Positions 28,571-39,311 are shown, counted from the stretch's first letter. The stretch: DNA of 64,000 nucleotides from an uncultured Alphaproteobacteria bacterium (GCA_963782855.1 CAWALW010000017.1:9823-73822); one strand, 5' to 3'. A program made the numbers and translations. Notes: generated by a model not told the origin, from the sequence alone.

Positions 28571-29368
28571 ATGGCCGTTCGCATCGAGAAATCCGGGTCT
28601 GTCTGGACCGTCATTCACAGCCGGCCCGAGGCCCGCAACGCCATGGACCCCAAGAGCGCCGACGATCTCGTCGCCGCCTTCGAGCAGTTCGATGCCGACC
28701 AAGCCGCCAATGTCGCCGTGTTCTGGGGCGAGGGCGGTGCCTTCTGCGCCGGCTGGGACCTCAAGTCGGTGTCGGACCTCGATCAGAGCAATCCCGTCGG
28801 CAACATCGACTTCCCCAAGGGCGGCGGCAAGGCGCCGCGCGGCCCGCTGGGCCCTTCCCGTCTCGAACTGTCGAAGCCGGTTATCGCCGCGGTCGAAGGC
28901 CCCGCCGTCGCCGGCGGCATGGAACTCGCGATGTGGAGCGACGTGCGCGTGATGGCCGAGAGCGCCTACTTCGGCGTCTACTGCCGCCGCTGGGGCGTTC
29001 CCCTGATCGACGGCGGCACCGTGCGCCTTCCCCGCCTCGTCGGCATGGGCAAGGCGATGGAGATCATCATGACCGGTCGCAAGGTCCCCGCCGAGGAGGC
29101 CTACCGCATCGGCCTGTGCGAAAAGGTCGTGCCGCACGGCAAGGCGCGCGAGGCGGCCGAGGCTATGGCACAGGAGATCTCCCGCTTCCCGCAGGAGTGC
29201 ATGCGCTCGGACCGTCTCTCCGCCTATCGCGCCTGGGGCAAGTCTGTGCGAGAAGGCCTGGAGAGCGAGTGGGCGACCAGCGCGCACATCGTCAAGGCCG
29301 AGGGTATCCGCGGCGCCACGCGTTTCGCCGAGGGCAAGGGCCGCCACGGCGACTTCAAGGACATCTGA
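28571..29368 (+). CDS. Enoyl-CoA hydratase/isomerase (crotonase) family protein
   Basis: SD AGGAGG before the ATG. VAVFWGEGGAFCAGWDLK and KPVIAAVEGPAVAGGMELAMWSD. Intact. Confidence 0.85.
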   Translation: MAVRIEKSGSVWTVIHSRPEARNAMDPKSADDLVAAFEQFDADQAANVAVFWGEGGAFCAGWDLKSVSDLDQSNPVGNIDFPKGGGKAPRGPLGPSRLELSKPVIAAVEGPAVAGGMELAMWSDVRVMAESAYFGVYCRRWGVPLIDGGTVRLPRLVGMGKAMEIIMTGRKVPAEEAYRIGLCEKVVPHGKAREAAEAMAQEISRFPQECMRSDRLSAYRAWGKSVREGLESEWATSAHIVKAEGIRGATRFAEGKGRHGDFKDI

Positions 29369-29381
29369 GGATCACCGGGAC

Positions 29382-29639
29382 ATGCTTCTGCTGGTCGGCG
29401 CCCTCGTATCGGCCTACCTGGGCTACAAGCTGTTGGGCTGGTGGGCGCCGGCCGCGCTCGCCTGCGTCGTGTCGGCCCTGCAGGCCGCCGCCTATCAGGG
29501 CGTGCTTTCAGGAGGCGGCGGCATGAGCGGCTTCATTCAGATCGTCATTCTCACGGCCCTCATGAGCCTGTTCATGTTCTATGCAACATTCAGCATGGGC
29601 CGCTCGCTGGGCCTGAGAAGAAGGAGAAAGCCGCGATGA
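29382..29639 (+). CDS. Small hydrophobic membrane protein (hypothetical)
   Basis: 85-aa ORF with three hydrophobic stretches. Its stop overlaps the ATG of the next gene (ATGA). Confidence 0.4.
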   Translation: MLLLVGALVSAYLGYKLLGWWAPAALACVVSALQAAAYQGVLSGGGGMSGFIQIVILTALMSLFMFYATFSMGRSLGLRRRRKPR

Positions 29640-30369
29640 GCGCGCAACTGAAAGACCACGTCGTCCTCGTCACCGGCGCGCTCGGCACGCTCGGCAGCGC
29701 CATGTGCAAGGCGATCGAGGCCGCAGGCGGCATCGCGATCCGCAGCGATCTCGCCGCGCGCGGCAAGGTCGACATCGCCCTCGATGTCACCAAGGAGGAA
29801 GACTGGAAGTCGGCCATGGCAGACGATCGAGCGCTCGCACGGCCGCCTCGACGGCCTCGTCAACAATGCCGGCGTCGGCACGCCGGGCGATGTGGAGCAG
29901 ACCAGCTTCAGCCGAATGGCGCCGCGTCATGGCCATCAACGCCGACGGCGTCTTCCTCGGCTGCAAGTACGCCATGCCGCTGCTGGCAAAGTCCAAGGCG
30001 CCCTCGATCGTCAACATCTCCTCGGCGTCGGGCATCGTCGCCGGCGCCAACCTGGCGGCCTACAACGCCTCGAAAGGCGCGGTGCGCATGCTCAGCAAGT
30101 CAGTAGCGCTCTCCGGCGCACGCAAGCGGCCGCCTGTGCGGTCCAACTCGGTGCATCCCGCCTTCATCGAGGGCGACATGGTGGACGCCATGGTGAAGAG
30201 CCGGCCCGATCCCGCCAAGGCGATGGGCAAGCTGCACGCCCAGATCCCCATCGGCCGTCTCGGCCAGCCGCAGGAGGTGGCCAACACGGTCGTCTGGCTG
30301 CTGTCGCCGGCCTCCTCCTTCACGACCGGATCGGAAGTGCTGGTCGACGGCGGCCTGATCGCCGGCTGA
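29636..30369 (+). pseudogene. SDR-family oxidoreductase
   Basis: SD AAGGAG. VVLVTGALGTLGSA (TGxxxGxG). After shifts near 29820 and 29905: LDGLVNNAGV and NISSASGIVAGANLAAYNASKGAVRMLSK (the S...YxxxK motif). Confidence 0.8.
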
Positions 30370-30480
30370 TCACGCGATCGTTGCCGGGCTTACGAAGCTG
30401 TAACTGGCTTTGCTTCCTCCGCCTTGAAATCGTCTCGCCACTTCCGTGTTCTGCGGACTGGGTGCGAGGAGACCAGAGGT

Positions 30481-31900
30481 ATGCAGCGGAGCCTTGCGTT
30501 GGCCATCTGCGGTGGCGTCCGCGAAGCGGCGAGCCGTTTCCTGCGCACGGTGGCGGCCGTCTTCATCGCGCTGACGCTTGCCGCGCACGGTCCCGCCGCT
30601 TGCCCAGGAAGCGGCCGCAAGCTGCGCCCGCGGCGACCGCGGCCAACCAGGACTTCGGCCCGCTCTTCGATGCCGTCGTCGAGACGACGGCCAAGTCGTT
30701 CTGGGACAAGGAGCGGCTGGACGCCGTCGACTGGCCGAAGCGTGCAGCCGAAGCGCGCCACGGCGTCGTGGAGGCCGCCGAACCTCGACGAAGCCGCGCG
30801 CCGCATCAATGCCCTGCTCGGCAAGCTGAAGATGTCGCACACCGGCCTGCTGACGCCCGATGACGTCGACTACTACGTCCTGCTCGTCGGTCTTCGGCAG
30901 CGCGACCCTGCCGCGCGAAGAAGCTCGACGATCGCTTCTGGGGCGCCGGGGTCACCTATGCCGGCATCGGCATCTTCTCCGCGCGCATCGACGGGCGCGA
31001 CTTTGTCGACCTGCTGCTGGAAGGCTCGCCGGCGGAGCGTGCCGGCATGAAGGTCGGCGACGAGATCGTCAGCGTCGACGACGCGCCCTATCACCCGATC
31101 CGCTCCTTCCGCGGCAAGGTCGGCCACGAGCGTCCGCGTCGCGATCCGCCGCGAGAAGGATGGCCCGGTCGATCACCCTCGCGGTGAAGGTCGTGACGAT
31201 CGCGCCCCTGCACGCCTTTCGCGAGGCGACGCGTGCGAGCGCGCGCGTCATCGAGCGCGACGGCCGCCGCATCGGCTACGTGCACGTGTGGGCCTCGGTC
31301 GGAGATGAATCGAGCGGCGCGCTGCAGGAGGCGCTTTCGCGCCTCGGCGTCGGCGCCTCGACGTACTACCCGAAGGCGGAGAAGGAGACAACGCAAGCCC
31401 GCTCGATGGCCTGATCGTCGATATGCGCGGCAAGATCGGCGGCACCGCCACGACGGCCGGGCGCTATCTGGACCTGCTCGACCCTCGCGGACCGCTCCTG
31501 AACTCGCGCGAGAGAAGCCCATCGACCCACAGCAATACGCCTCTGCGCGGCAGGACTGCGGTCCTCATCGATCATCACACCCGCAGCACCGGCGAGCTGT
31601 TCGTGCATGCCTACAAGCGCGAGCGCCAGGGTCCGCTGATCGGCACCCGCACCGCAGGCGCCGTCAGCGCTGCCCGCGCGTTCGCCATGCCGGGCGGCAA
31701 TCTGCTCTACCTTGCCGTGTCGGGCCTGCGAGATCGATGGCGAGGTCCTCGAAGGCCCCGGCGTTGCCCCGGATGTCGAGGTCGCCCGCCCTCTGCCCTA
31801 CGCTCAGGGCGCCGATCCGGTCCTCGATGCCGCGGTCGAGGCGCTTGCAGCAAAGGCCGCGCGGCCACTGCAGGATCGGCAAAAGGGCGCCAGCCCGTAG
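30481..31900 (+). pseudogene. S41-family (tail-specific/PDZ) peptidase, multiply frameshifted
   Basis: Fragments lie in three frames: FWDKERLDAVDW...INALLGKLKMSHTGLLTPDDVDYY; GIGIFSARIDGRDFVDLLLEGSPAERAGMKVGDEIVSVDD (PDZ); [12 protein letters not shown]...[21 protein letters not shown]...GTRTAG. At least 8 frame changes. Confidence 0.6.
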
Positions 31901-32007
31901 CCGCCATCCGCAATCCGCCCTTCTCTCGCGTACCGGAAGCGGCTAGACTGCCGCGTCTCAGCTCCGCCTTCACAAAGACCACCCAGGAAACGCCTCAGGA
32001 AACGCCC

Positions 32008-33816
32008 ATGTCCAAGAAGCCGTCGGCTGCCCGGATCAAGAAGCTGCGCTCGCGCCAGTGGTTCGACAATCCCGACAATCCCGACATGACCGCCATCTAC
32101 CTCGAGCGGTACATGAACTACGGCCTCACGCGCGAGGAGCTCTCCTCCGGCAAGCCGATCATCGGCATCGCCCAGTCGGGCTCGGACCTCTCGCCCTGCA
32201 ACCGGCATCATCTGGTCCTCGCCGAGCGCGTGCGCGAGGGCATCCGCGAGGCCGGCGGCATCGCGTTCGAATTTCCTGTTCATCCGATCCAGGAGACGGG
32301 CAAGCGCCCGACCGCCTCGCTCGACCGCAACCTCGCCTACCTCGGGCTCGTCGAGATTCTCTACGGCTATCCGATCGACGGCGTCGTGCTGACGACGGGC
32401 TGCGACAAGACCACGCCGTCGCAACTCATGGCCGCCGCGACCGTCGACATTCCCGCCATCGTCCTCTCCGGCGGCCCGATGCTCAACGGCTGGTTCCGCG
32501 GCGAGCGCACCGGCTCCGGCACCATCGTGTGGAAGGCGCGCCAGATGTTTGCCACGGGCGAGATCAACTACGAGCAGTTCGTCGAGCTGGTCGCGTCTTC
32601 CGCGCCGTCGCCCGGCCACTGCAACACGATGGGCACGGCTTCGACCATGAACTCGCTGGCCGAGGCGCTCGGCATGTCGCTGCCGGGCTGCGCCGCGCCG
32701 CCCGCTCCGCACAAGGAGCGCGCCCAGCTCGCCTACCTGACCGGCAAGCGCATCGTCGACATGGTCTGGGAGGATCTGCGACCCTCCAGGATCATGACGC
32801 GCGAGGCGTTCGAGAACGTCATCGTCGTCAACTCGGCCATCGGCGGTTCCACCAACGCTCCGATCCACTTCAACGCCATCGCCAGCCATGTCGGCGTGGC
32901 TCTCGACAATGACGACTGGGAGAAGCTGGGCTATGCGGTCCCGCTGCTCGTCAACCTGCAGCCCTCCGGCCAGTATCTGGGCGAGGAGTATTTTCGCGCC
33001 GGCGGCGTCCCCGCGGTGGTCAACGAGTTGATGAAGGGTCGCAAGATTCACGAGGGTGCCCTGACCGTCAACGGCAAGACGATCGGCGAGAACTGCAGGG
33101 ATCGAACCGTCGTCGATCCTGACGTCATCCGCCCCTACAAGAAGCCGCTGAAGGACAAGGCCGGCTTCCTCAACATGAAGGGCAATCTGTTCGACAGCGC
33201 CATCATGAAGACCAGCGGCATCTCCGAGGAGTTCCGCAAGCGCTACCTGGAGAACCCCAAGGACCCGAATGCGTTCGAGGGCCGCGCCATCGTCTTCGAC
33301 GGCCCCGAGGACTATCACAAGCGCATCGACGACCCCGCGCTCAAGATCGACGCCACTTGCATGCTGTTCATGCGCGGCGCCGGTCCCACGGGCTATCCCG
33401 GCGCGGCCGAGGTCGTGAACATGCGTCCGCCCAACTACCTCATCAAGAAGGGCGTGTCGGCGCTCGCCTGCATCGGTGACGGGCGCCAATCCGGCACCTC
33501 CGGCTCGCCGTCGATCCTGAATGCCTCGCCGGAAGCGGCAACGGGCGGCGGCCTCGCCATCCTCAAGACCGGCGACCGCGTGCGCATCGACCTCAACAAG
33601 CGCTCCGCCGACATCCTCATTTCCAAGGAGGAGTATGACGCGCGCCGTGCCGCGCTGCAGGGGCGCGGCGGCTACAAGTATCCAGACCACCAGACGCCCT
33701 GGCAGGAGATCCAGCGCGGGCTCGTCGACGAGCTGTCGGCAGGCATGGTGCTCAAGCCGGCGGTGAAATACCAGAAGATCGCCGCGACCAAGGGTATTCC
33801 TCGCGACAATCACTAG
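32008..33816 (+). CDS. IlvD/Edd-family dehydratase (sugar-acid/pentonate dehydratase type)
   Basis: Intact 602-aa ORF with [42 protein letters not shown] and [24 protein letters not shown]. Confidence 0.85.
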   Translation: MSKKPSAARIKKLRSRQWFDNPDNPDMTAIYLERYMNYGLTREELSSGKPIIGIAQSGSDLSPCNRHHLVLAERVREGIREAGGIAFEFPVHPIQETGKRPTASLDRNLAYLGLVEILYGYPIDGVVLTTGCDKTTPSQLMAAATVDIPAIVLSGGPMLNGWFRGERTGSGTIVWKARQMFATGEINYEQFVELVASSAPSPGHCNTMGTASTMNSLAEALGMSLPGCAAPPAPHKERAQLAYLTGKRIVDMVWEDLRPSRIMTREAFENVIVVNSAIGGSTNAPIHFNAIASHVGVALDNDDWEKLGYAVPLLVNLQPSGQYLGEEYFRAGGVPAVVNELMKGRKIHEGALTVNGKTIGENCRDRTVVDPDVIRPYKKPLKDKAGFLNMKGNLFDSAIMKTSGISEEFRKRYLENPKDPNAFEGRAIVFDGPEDYHKRIDDPALKIDATCMLFMRGAGPTGYPGAAEVVNMRPPNYLIKKGVSALACIGDGRQSGTSGSPSILNASPEAATGGGLAILKTGDRVRIDLNKRSADILISKEEYDARRAALQGRGGYKYPDHQTPWQEIQRGLVDELSAGMVLKPAVKYQKIAATKGIPRDNH

Positions 33817-34002
33817 CCGGAGCATGCGGTTAGAGCTGGGGCGGGACGTTCGGCAAGGACGTTCCGGCGCACCCTGCCCTCCCCTTCGCAAGTGCACACA
33901 GACAACTGATCAACTTTTCGTGCTGTTTTGTGAGTCGACGCCCGCAGGCCTGCTCTATTTCTAGGCAGCGCACAACTCGGGAAACACGATGGAGAGACCA
34001 GC

Positions 34003-34395
34003 ATGGACTTTCTGCGCCCTTACACGCCGCAGCTACTAAGCGTTCTCCGCATCATGTCGGGGCTGCTGCTTCTGCAGCATGGCACCGCCAAGTACCTAAG
34101 CATTCCAGTCGGCCCAATGAACAACGCCTCGCCCGACAACCATGAGCGGCGCGGCCGGCGTTATCGAGCTTGTATTCGGCACCCTGTTGGTTATCGGGCT
34201 GTTCACGCGGTTCTCCGCCTTCATCCTGCTCCGGCATGACGCGCGGTCGCCTACTTCTATTCTCACGCGCCGAGAGGTTTCTTCCCGATCCTCAATGGTG
34301 GAGAACTTGCTGCGCTCTACTCGTTCGTATTCCTCTATCTGGCTGCGGCGGGCGCCGGCCCGTGGAGCGTCGATAGGGCCAGGGGCAAGGATTGA
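34003..34395 (+). pseudogene. DoxX-family membrane protein
   Basis: MDFLRPYTPQLLSVLRIMSGLLLLQHGTAKY, then GAAGVIELVFGTLLVIGLFTRFSAFIL, then FLYLAAAGAGPWSVDRARGKD, in three frames. Confidence 0.65.
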
Positions 34396-34422
34396 TCTCA
34401 ACCCGCTGGCGCGGAGACGCGC

Positions 34423-34899
34423 TTAGAGTGGGAAGATCATGCAGGTCGTCGTGCCATGGGCGAGGAGCGTGCCCTTGGCATCGATGATCTTGCCCTCGGC
34501 GGTGCCTGAGCGGCGTCCAACGTGCAGCGACCGGCCCTCGGCCCTGACCGGGCCGGTCGCCTCCGTCATCGGCCGCACGAGGTTCACCTTCAATTCGAGC
34601 GTGGTGTAGCCCTGGCCCTTCTCCAGATGGGTCTGGATCGCACAGCTCATGCATGAATCGAGCAGCGTGCACGCAACGCCGCCGTGCACGGTACCGATCG
34701 GATTGTAGTGCCGGAACGCCGGTGTCGTCGTGAAGAGCGCGAAGCCCGGCGCAACCTCGGCGAGACGAAACCCCAGTGTGTGGCCGATCGGCGGCTGCGG
34801 CACGCGCCCGTCCGCGATGCGGCGCAAGAAATCGAGGCCGCTGTGCGCTGCTATCTCCTCGAGCGTCGATACGTAGCCGCCGGTATCCGGTTCGGTCAT
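34423..34899 (-). CDS. PaaI-family (hotdog) thioesterase
   Basis: NPIGTVHGGVACTLLDSCMSCAI and a C-terminal beta-sheet pattern. Start chosen at MTEPD; a longer start at 34938 would overlap the lrp stop. Confidence 0.75.
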   Translation of the reverse strand: MTEPDTGGYVSTLEEIAAHSGLDFLRRIADGRVPQPPIGHTLGFRLAEVAPGFALFTTTPAFRHYNPIGTVHGGVACTLLDSCMSCAIQTHLEKGQGYTTLELKVNLVRPMTEATGPVRAEGRSLHVGRRSGTAEGKIIDAKGTLLAHGTTTCMIFPL

Positions 34900-34912
34900 G
34901 CTGGCCTCGTGG

Positions 34913-35392
34913 TCAGGTGTCGTTGCGCTTGAGCGCAAAGTTCAGCGGCAGCGCCGTGGTGTACTTGATCTGCTCCATCGCGAACGCGGAGGAGACCTTC
35001 GAGATGTCCACGCGCGAAATCAGCTTCTTGTAGAACGCGTCGTAGGACGCGATGTCAGGCACCACGACGCGCAGGAGATAATCGACCTCCCCGCTCATGC
35101 GGTAGAATTCGATGACCTCGGGGAAGTCGATGACGGCGGCATGGAATTTTTCCAGCCACGCCAGCGAATGCTGGTCCGTCTTGATCGATACGAAGACGGT
35201 TACGCCCGCATTCACCTGCTTGGCTTCCAGCACGGCGACCCTGCGCGCGATGACGCCGGCCTCCTCGAGCTTCTGGATGCGTCGCCAGCACGGCGTGGTC
35301 GACAAGCCCACCGCCTTGCCGATGTCGGCCACGGCGCGCGTGCAGTCCTCCTGCAGGATGGCCAGGATTTTCACGTCCATCTCGTCGAGCAT
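34913..35392 (-). CDS. Lrp/AsnC-family transcriptional regulator
   Basis: MLDEMDVKILAILQEDCTRAVADIGKAVGLSTTPCWRRIQKLEEAGVI plus an AsnC-type ligand domain. Intact 159 aa. Confidence 0.88.
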   Translation of the reverse strand: MLDEMDVKILAILQEDCTRAVADIGKAVGLSTTPCWRRIQKLEEAGVIARRVAVLEAKQVNAGVTVFVSIKTDQHSLAWLEKFHAAVIDFPEVIEFYRMSGEVDYLLRVVVPDIASYDAFYKKLISRVDISKVSSAFAMEQIKYTTALPLNFALKRNDT

Positions 35393-35569
35393 GATCTTCC
35401 GCCTTCCAAAGGCTGACGCGGCCAGGGCTGGAGTGGAACATTTTTCTACTTGCCCACAGAAATGCTCGGTAAGGCAGGAGCATTATTCCGTCAAGGGCCA
35501 CGCCACCATTGCTATTTTCTCATGGCTACGCATATTGCCAGTCATCTGTCGTCGTCGCGATGGCCGGAC

Positions 35570-36052
35570 ATGAAGGAAATCACGCGGATTACGCCACTCT
35601 TCTCCGTTACCGGCGCGCTCCAGCCCGAGGATATGGGGGCGGTGGCGGCCCTGGGCTTCAGGGCCGTCGTCTCGAACCTGCCGGACGGTGAGGCCGGCGC
35701 TCCCATGTCCAGCGGCGAGGAAGCGCGCTTGGCGGCCAAGGCCGGACTGTCCTTCCGCCATGTTCCCGCGGTTCGCCACGAGGTCTTCGGCGAGCGCGTC
35801 GTCGATGGCATGCAGCAGGCGCTCAGCGAGTTCGAGGGGCCGGTGCTGGCTCATTGTTCATCGGGCTCCCGCTCCGCGCTCGCCTGGGCGGTTGCGGCGG
35901 CTCGCTACCAGTCCGCTGATTGCGTCCTGGAGACACTGAAGAAAGCCGGCTTCGATCTGTCGGCCGTGCGCGACGAGTTGGAGGAGCAGCGCGCCCTTTC
36001 CCGCAAGGAGCCCATTCCGCCGGCTCTCGATTGCGAGTGCGGCAGCGCCTGA
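35570..36052 (+). CDS. TIGR01244/DUF442-family protein (CX5R phosphatase/sulfurtransferase-like fold)
   Basis: MKEITRITPLFSVTGALQPEDMGAVAALGFRAVVSNLPDGE...PVLAHCSSGSRS (CX5R(S/T) loop). Confidence 0.65.
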   Translation: MKEITRITPLFSVTGALQPEDMGAVAALGFRAVVSNLPDGEAGAPMSSGEEARLAAKAGLSFRHVPAVRHEVFGERVVDGMQQALSEFEGPVLAHCSSGSRSALAWAVAAARYQSADCVLETLKKAGFDLSAVRDELEEQRALSRKEPIPPALDCECGSA

Positions 36053-36060
36053 TCGGCGCG

Positions 36061-36366
36061 TCAGAGCATATTGTGCGCGCCGTCGCAGAACGGCTTGTCG
36101 TCCGTTCCCTTGCATCCGCACAGGTTGAACGTTCCGGACGCATCGACAACGAAGCGGTGCGGCTGGAAGCTGGTGGTCTTATGCGAGCCGTCGCAGAGGG
36201 GCTGCTTGGCCGATCGCCCGCAGGTGCACCAGAAGTAGGGCCTGCCGGCCTCCAGGGTCACCTGGTAGGGACCTTTTTGCGCGCAGACGGCCTCGTCGGA
36301 CACGGCTTCCCCTCTCGGTTGGGACCTCGGCGCCGTGACGATATAGCCCGGAGCGATAAGCCTCAA
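36061..36366 (-). CDS. CDGSH-type iron-sulfur domain protein (two CDGSH motifs)
   Basis: CTCGRSAKQPLCDGSH and CGCKGTDDKPFCDGAH. Confidence 0.8.
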   Translation of the reverse strand: MRLIAPGYIVTAPRSQPRGEAVSDEAVCAQKGPYQVTLEAGRPYFWCTCGRSAKQPLCDGSHKTTSFQPHRFVVDASGTFNLCGCKGTDDKPFCDGAHNML

Positions 36367-36396
36367 GCTGAAGGGGTCACCAATCGCGAGGGAGGG

Positions 36397-36721
36397 CTAG
36401 CCGACGTTCAGCTTCTGCTTTTCGACGACCTTCACGCCGTTGTCGTCGACCCACGTGAACTCGAACTCTCCGGGGCCGGGCACCCTCATATAGAACGCAA
36501 TGTAGGGGTTGGCGGAAATGCCGGGCTGCACGTCCACCCGGAAGACCTCGGCGCCCTCGTACTTGGCGACGAAGGAATTGATGATGAAGCGTGGGATGAC
36601 TTTGCCACTCGCGTCTCGGCGCTGGCCCTGTCTCCATGACGTGCGAGATCAGCGTCTTGATCTCGACGACGTCGCCGATCTTGGCGCGGTCCGGAAGCCT
36701 GATGCGCGGCCTTGATGACAT
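36397..36721 (-). pseudogene. soxZ: Thiosulfate-oxidation carrier protein SoxZ
   Basis: MSSRPRIRLPDRAKIGDVVEIKTLISHVMETG. After a shift near 36630: GKVIPRFIINSFVAKYEGAEVFRVDVQPGISANPYIAFYMRVPGPGEFEFTWVDDNG. It sits directly downstream of soxY. Confidence 0.75.
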
Positions 36722-36736
36722 TCTGCAATCCTCCGC

Positions 36737-37217
36737 TTAGCCGCCGCAGCCGCCGATGGTCACTTTCACCGAGCGACGCGTCATCAGGAACTTGCCGTCG
36801 CTGAGCTCGGCGAGGCCGACCACGTCCTGCGTGCGAGCCAGGCGCAGGCGGCTCGACGCGGATGCCTTGCCCGAGAGCGGCGTAAAGTGGAAGGTCGCGA
36901 TACCCGGCTGGGGATTGCCCGTCGAGATCACGTGAATCGCCTTCACGTACTCCTGCGCCGTCATCGGGCTGTCGACGCTGACGGTGAACGGGCACTGTAT
37001 TGCCGTTCTCGGCGATCTCGGGGAGTTCGAAGGTCACCCGGCCGTCGATCGGCTTGCTTTCGCCGACGATCTTCTTGACGGTCTCCTCCCAGGCCTGAGG
37101 CGACGACTGCGCCAGCGCGTCGCTGCCCAGTAAAGGTACGAGGAGTGCGGCTGCGCCGGATCCCAGGAGGAACGTCCGGCGGTCGAATGCTTGAGGGTTC
37201 ATGATGGTGGAGCTCAT
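36737..37217 (-). pseudogene. soxY: Thiosulfate-oxidation carrier protein SoxY
   Basis: Tat-type signal FDRRTFLLGSGAAALL. The C-terminus ...VKVTIGGCGG is the diagnostic SoxY GGCGG swinging arm. One frameshift near 36975. Confidence 0.8.
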
Positions 37218-37470
37218 GGCGTAAGAATGGGCTCTATTGCAACGTTTTCCAAGTGCCCGCGCCTAACATACCGCAGGCCGCGCAATCAACGCAAAATGCC
37301 GTCATCGCCAGGCGGTCTGGGTCGTTTGTAACCCCAGGGCCACGCAACTGAGCGCCGTTGGCTTTGCTGGAGATTGCGGGGGCAGTTGCTATAGTTCGAT
37401 CGGCCGCGCCGGGTCGCAAAGATTCCGGTGAGCGGGAGGGGTGCGGACTTGGCTGCAATGGGAGAAGCCG

Positions 37471-38776
37471 ATGTCGAGACTTTCTAGGCGACAATTTGGA
37501 AAGCTTGCGGCGGGGGCAGGTGCGGGCGCTGCGACCGCGTCGCTGTTCGCGCCGTTCGCGATCAGCGCAGGGTGCGGGCCGGGTGGTCATCATCGGTGGC
37601 GGGGCGGGCGGCGCCACGGTTGCCAACTTCGTGAAGCGCGGAGCGCCGAACCTCGACGTCACGCTCATCGAGGCCAATCCGATCTACAGCTCGTCGTTCT
37701 TCTCCAATCTCTATCTCGGCGGGTTTCGCACGCTGGAATCGCTCAGCCACGGCTACGCCGGGCTGCGGCGGCTGGGTGTGAGGGTCGTGCATGACGTTGC
37801 GATAGACGTCGATCGTACGCGCAAGACCGTGCGCACCCGCGGCGGCCGCACCTACCCCTTCGACAAGCTGGTCCTGTCTCCCGGCATCGACATCAAGTAC
37901 GATTCCATCCAGGGCTACTCGCGCGAAGCCTCACGCCTCATGCCGCATGCCTACAATACGGATGCTGCACAGAAGCGCCTCCTGAAGCAGCAGCTGCAGG
38001 CCATGCGCGACGGCGGCACGGTTGTGATGGTCATGCCCAACAACCCCTTCCGTTGCCCGCCCGGTCCCTACGAGCGGGCGTGCATGATCGCGCATTACAT
38101 CAAGACCAGGAAGCCGAAGTCCAAGCTTGTCATCTTCGATCCCAAGCGTGCGTTCTCCAAGCAGCCGGTCTTCACCGAAGGCTTCGATCGCCACTACAAG
38201 AATATTATCGAACTCAACCTCTCGACCGAGATCGACGATTTCTCCGTCGTCAGCGTGAATCCGAAGACCAAGGAGATCGTGACCAAGGCCGGCAGAAGAC
38301 AGCGCGCCGACGTCGCAAACGTCATTCCGCAGCAGCGGGCTGGCGAAATCGCGGCCAAGGCAGGCGTGAACGAGGGCGACTGGTGCCCGATAAACGCGGA
38401 GAACTTCGCCTCCACCAAGGTGCAGGATATCTACGTCATCGGCGATGCGACCATCGCGGCGGAGATGCCCAAGTCGGCGTTCTCGGCGAACAGCCAGGCG
38501 AAGGTGGTGGCCGCCAACATCCTCACGGTGCTGGCCAATAAGGAGAAGTTCGACCCGCGCTATCGCAACACGTGCTGGTCGCTCATCGCGCCGGACGATT
38601 GCGTCAAGGTCGGCGCCAACTATGCGCCGATGGGTGGCAAGCTTGACCCGTCGGGTTCCTTCGTCTCACAGCGCGGAGAAACCGCCGACGTGCGCAAGCA
38701 GAACTATCAGGAAAGCCTCGCCTGGTACACGAACATCACGGACGAAATGTTCGCAAAGGGTGCCAGGGGGCGCTGA
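37471..38776 (+). pseudogene. Flavocytochrome c sulfide dehydrogenase flavoprotein subunit (FccB/SoxF)
   Basis: Tat signal MSRLSRRQFGKLAAGAGAG. After a shift near 37570: VVIIGGGAGGATVA, PFRCPPGPYERACMIAHYIK, VIPQQRAGEIA, GDATIAAEMPKSAFSANSQAKV. This is close to Allochromatium FccB as I remember it. Confidence 0.8.
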
Positions 38777-38818
38777 GGGGGCGGCACGCGCCGTAATCCC
38801 CAAGCCGGAAATAGGATG

Positions 38819-38850
38819 GGCGGTGCTTCGGCACCGCCTATTTCTTTCTC
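38819..38850. terminator. Bidirectional terminator hairpin between convergent fccB/soxF and cytochrome c genes
   Basis: GGCGGTGC-ttcg-GCACCGCC stem (38819-38838) followed by TATTTCTTTCTC on the plus strand. It abuts the minus-strand stop codon. Confidence 0.55.
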
Positions 38851-39206
38851 TTCGCGGCAGGTTTGGATGGCTTGGGCAGCGATCCGAAGTAGGCCGCCAA
38901 TGCGCGCGCCTGCTTCTCGTCCAGCGAGCCGGCGACCGACATCATCACCGGATTTTTCCGTTCGCCGCTCTTGTAGAACTCGATCGTCTTGACGAACGCA
39001 TCCTCCTGCCAGGCGACGATCGAAGGGATCCCGTTGTCTATGCCATCGATGCGATGGCAGCCCGTGCACTCCTGGGCAAGATGCTGCCCGTAGGCCACCT
39101 GCTTGGTGTCCTGCGCGCTGGCGAATGCCATCACTTGGAGAACCAACCCGAGCGCAAGCCCGCCGAGCGAGGCGCGCGTCAAATTGATCCGCCAGCCTCT
39201 CGTCAT
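38838..39206 (-). CDS. Monoheme c-type cytochrome with signal peptide
   Basis: Single CTGCH (CxxCH) motif. Signal-like LGGLALGLVLQVMAFASA. Start chosen at MTRGW. Confidence 0.7.
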   Translation of the reverse strand: MTRGWRINLTRASLGGLALGLVLQVMAFASAQDTKQVAYGQHLAQECTGCHRIDGIDNGIPSIVAWQEDAFVKTIEFYKSGERKNPVMMSVAGSLDEKQARALAAYFGSLPKPSKPAAKRKK

Positions 39207-39311
39207 GGTTCGTTCCGCCTCCAGGGGTTTCCGCAAGCCCATGTAAGTCGCTATATTAGTGCGACAAACGTCTCAACAATGATCGTGCCTGAACCATCAC
39301 CCGGCGCCCTT

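Noticed and set aside
33844-33864. Direct repeat GGACGTTC-N5-GGACGTTC after the IlvD/Edd gene
   Set aside because: It consists of only two 8-mers, with no dyad symmetry and no second occurrence that I could find. This is insufficient to call a binding site.
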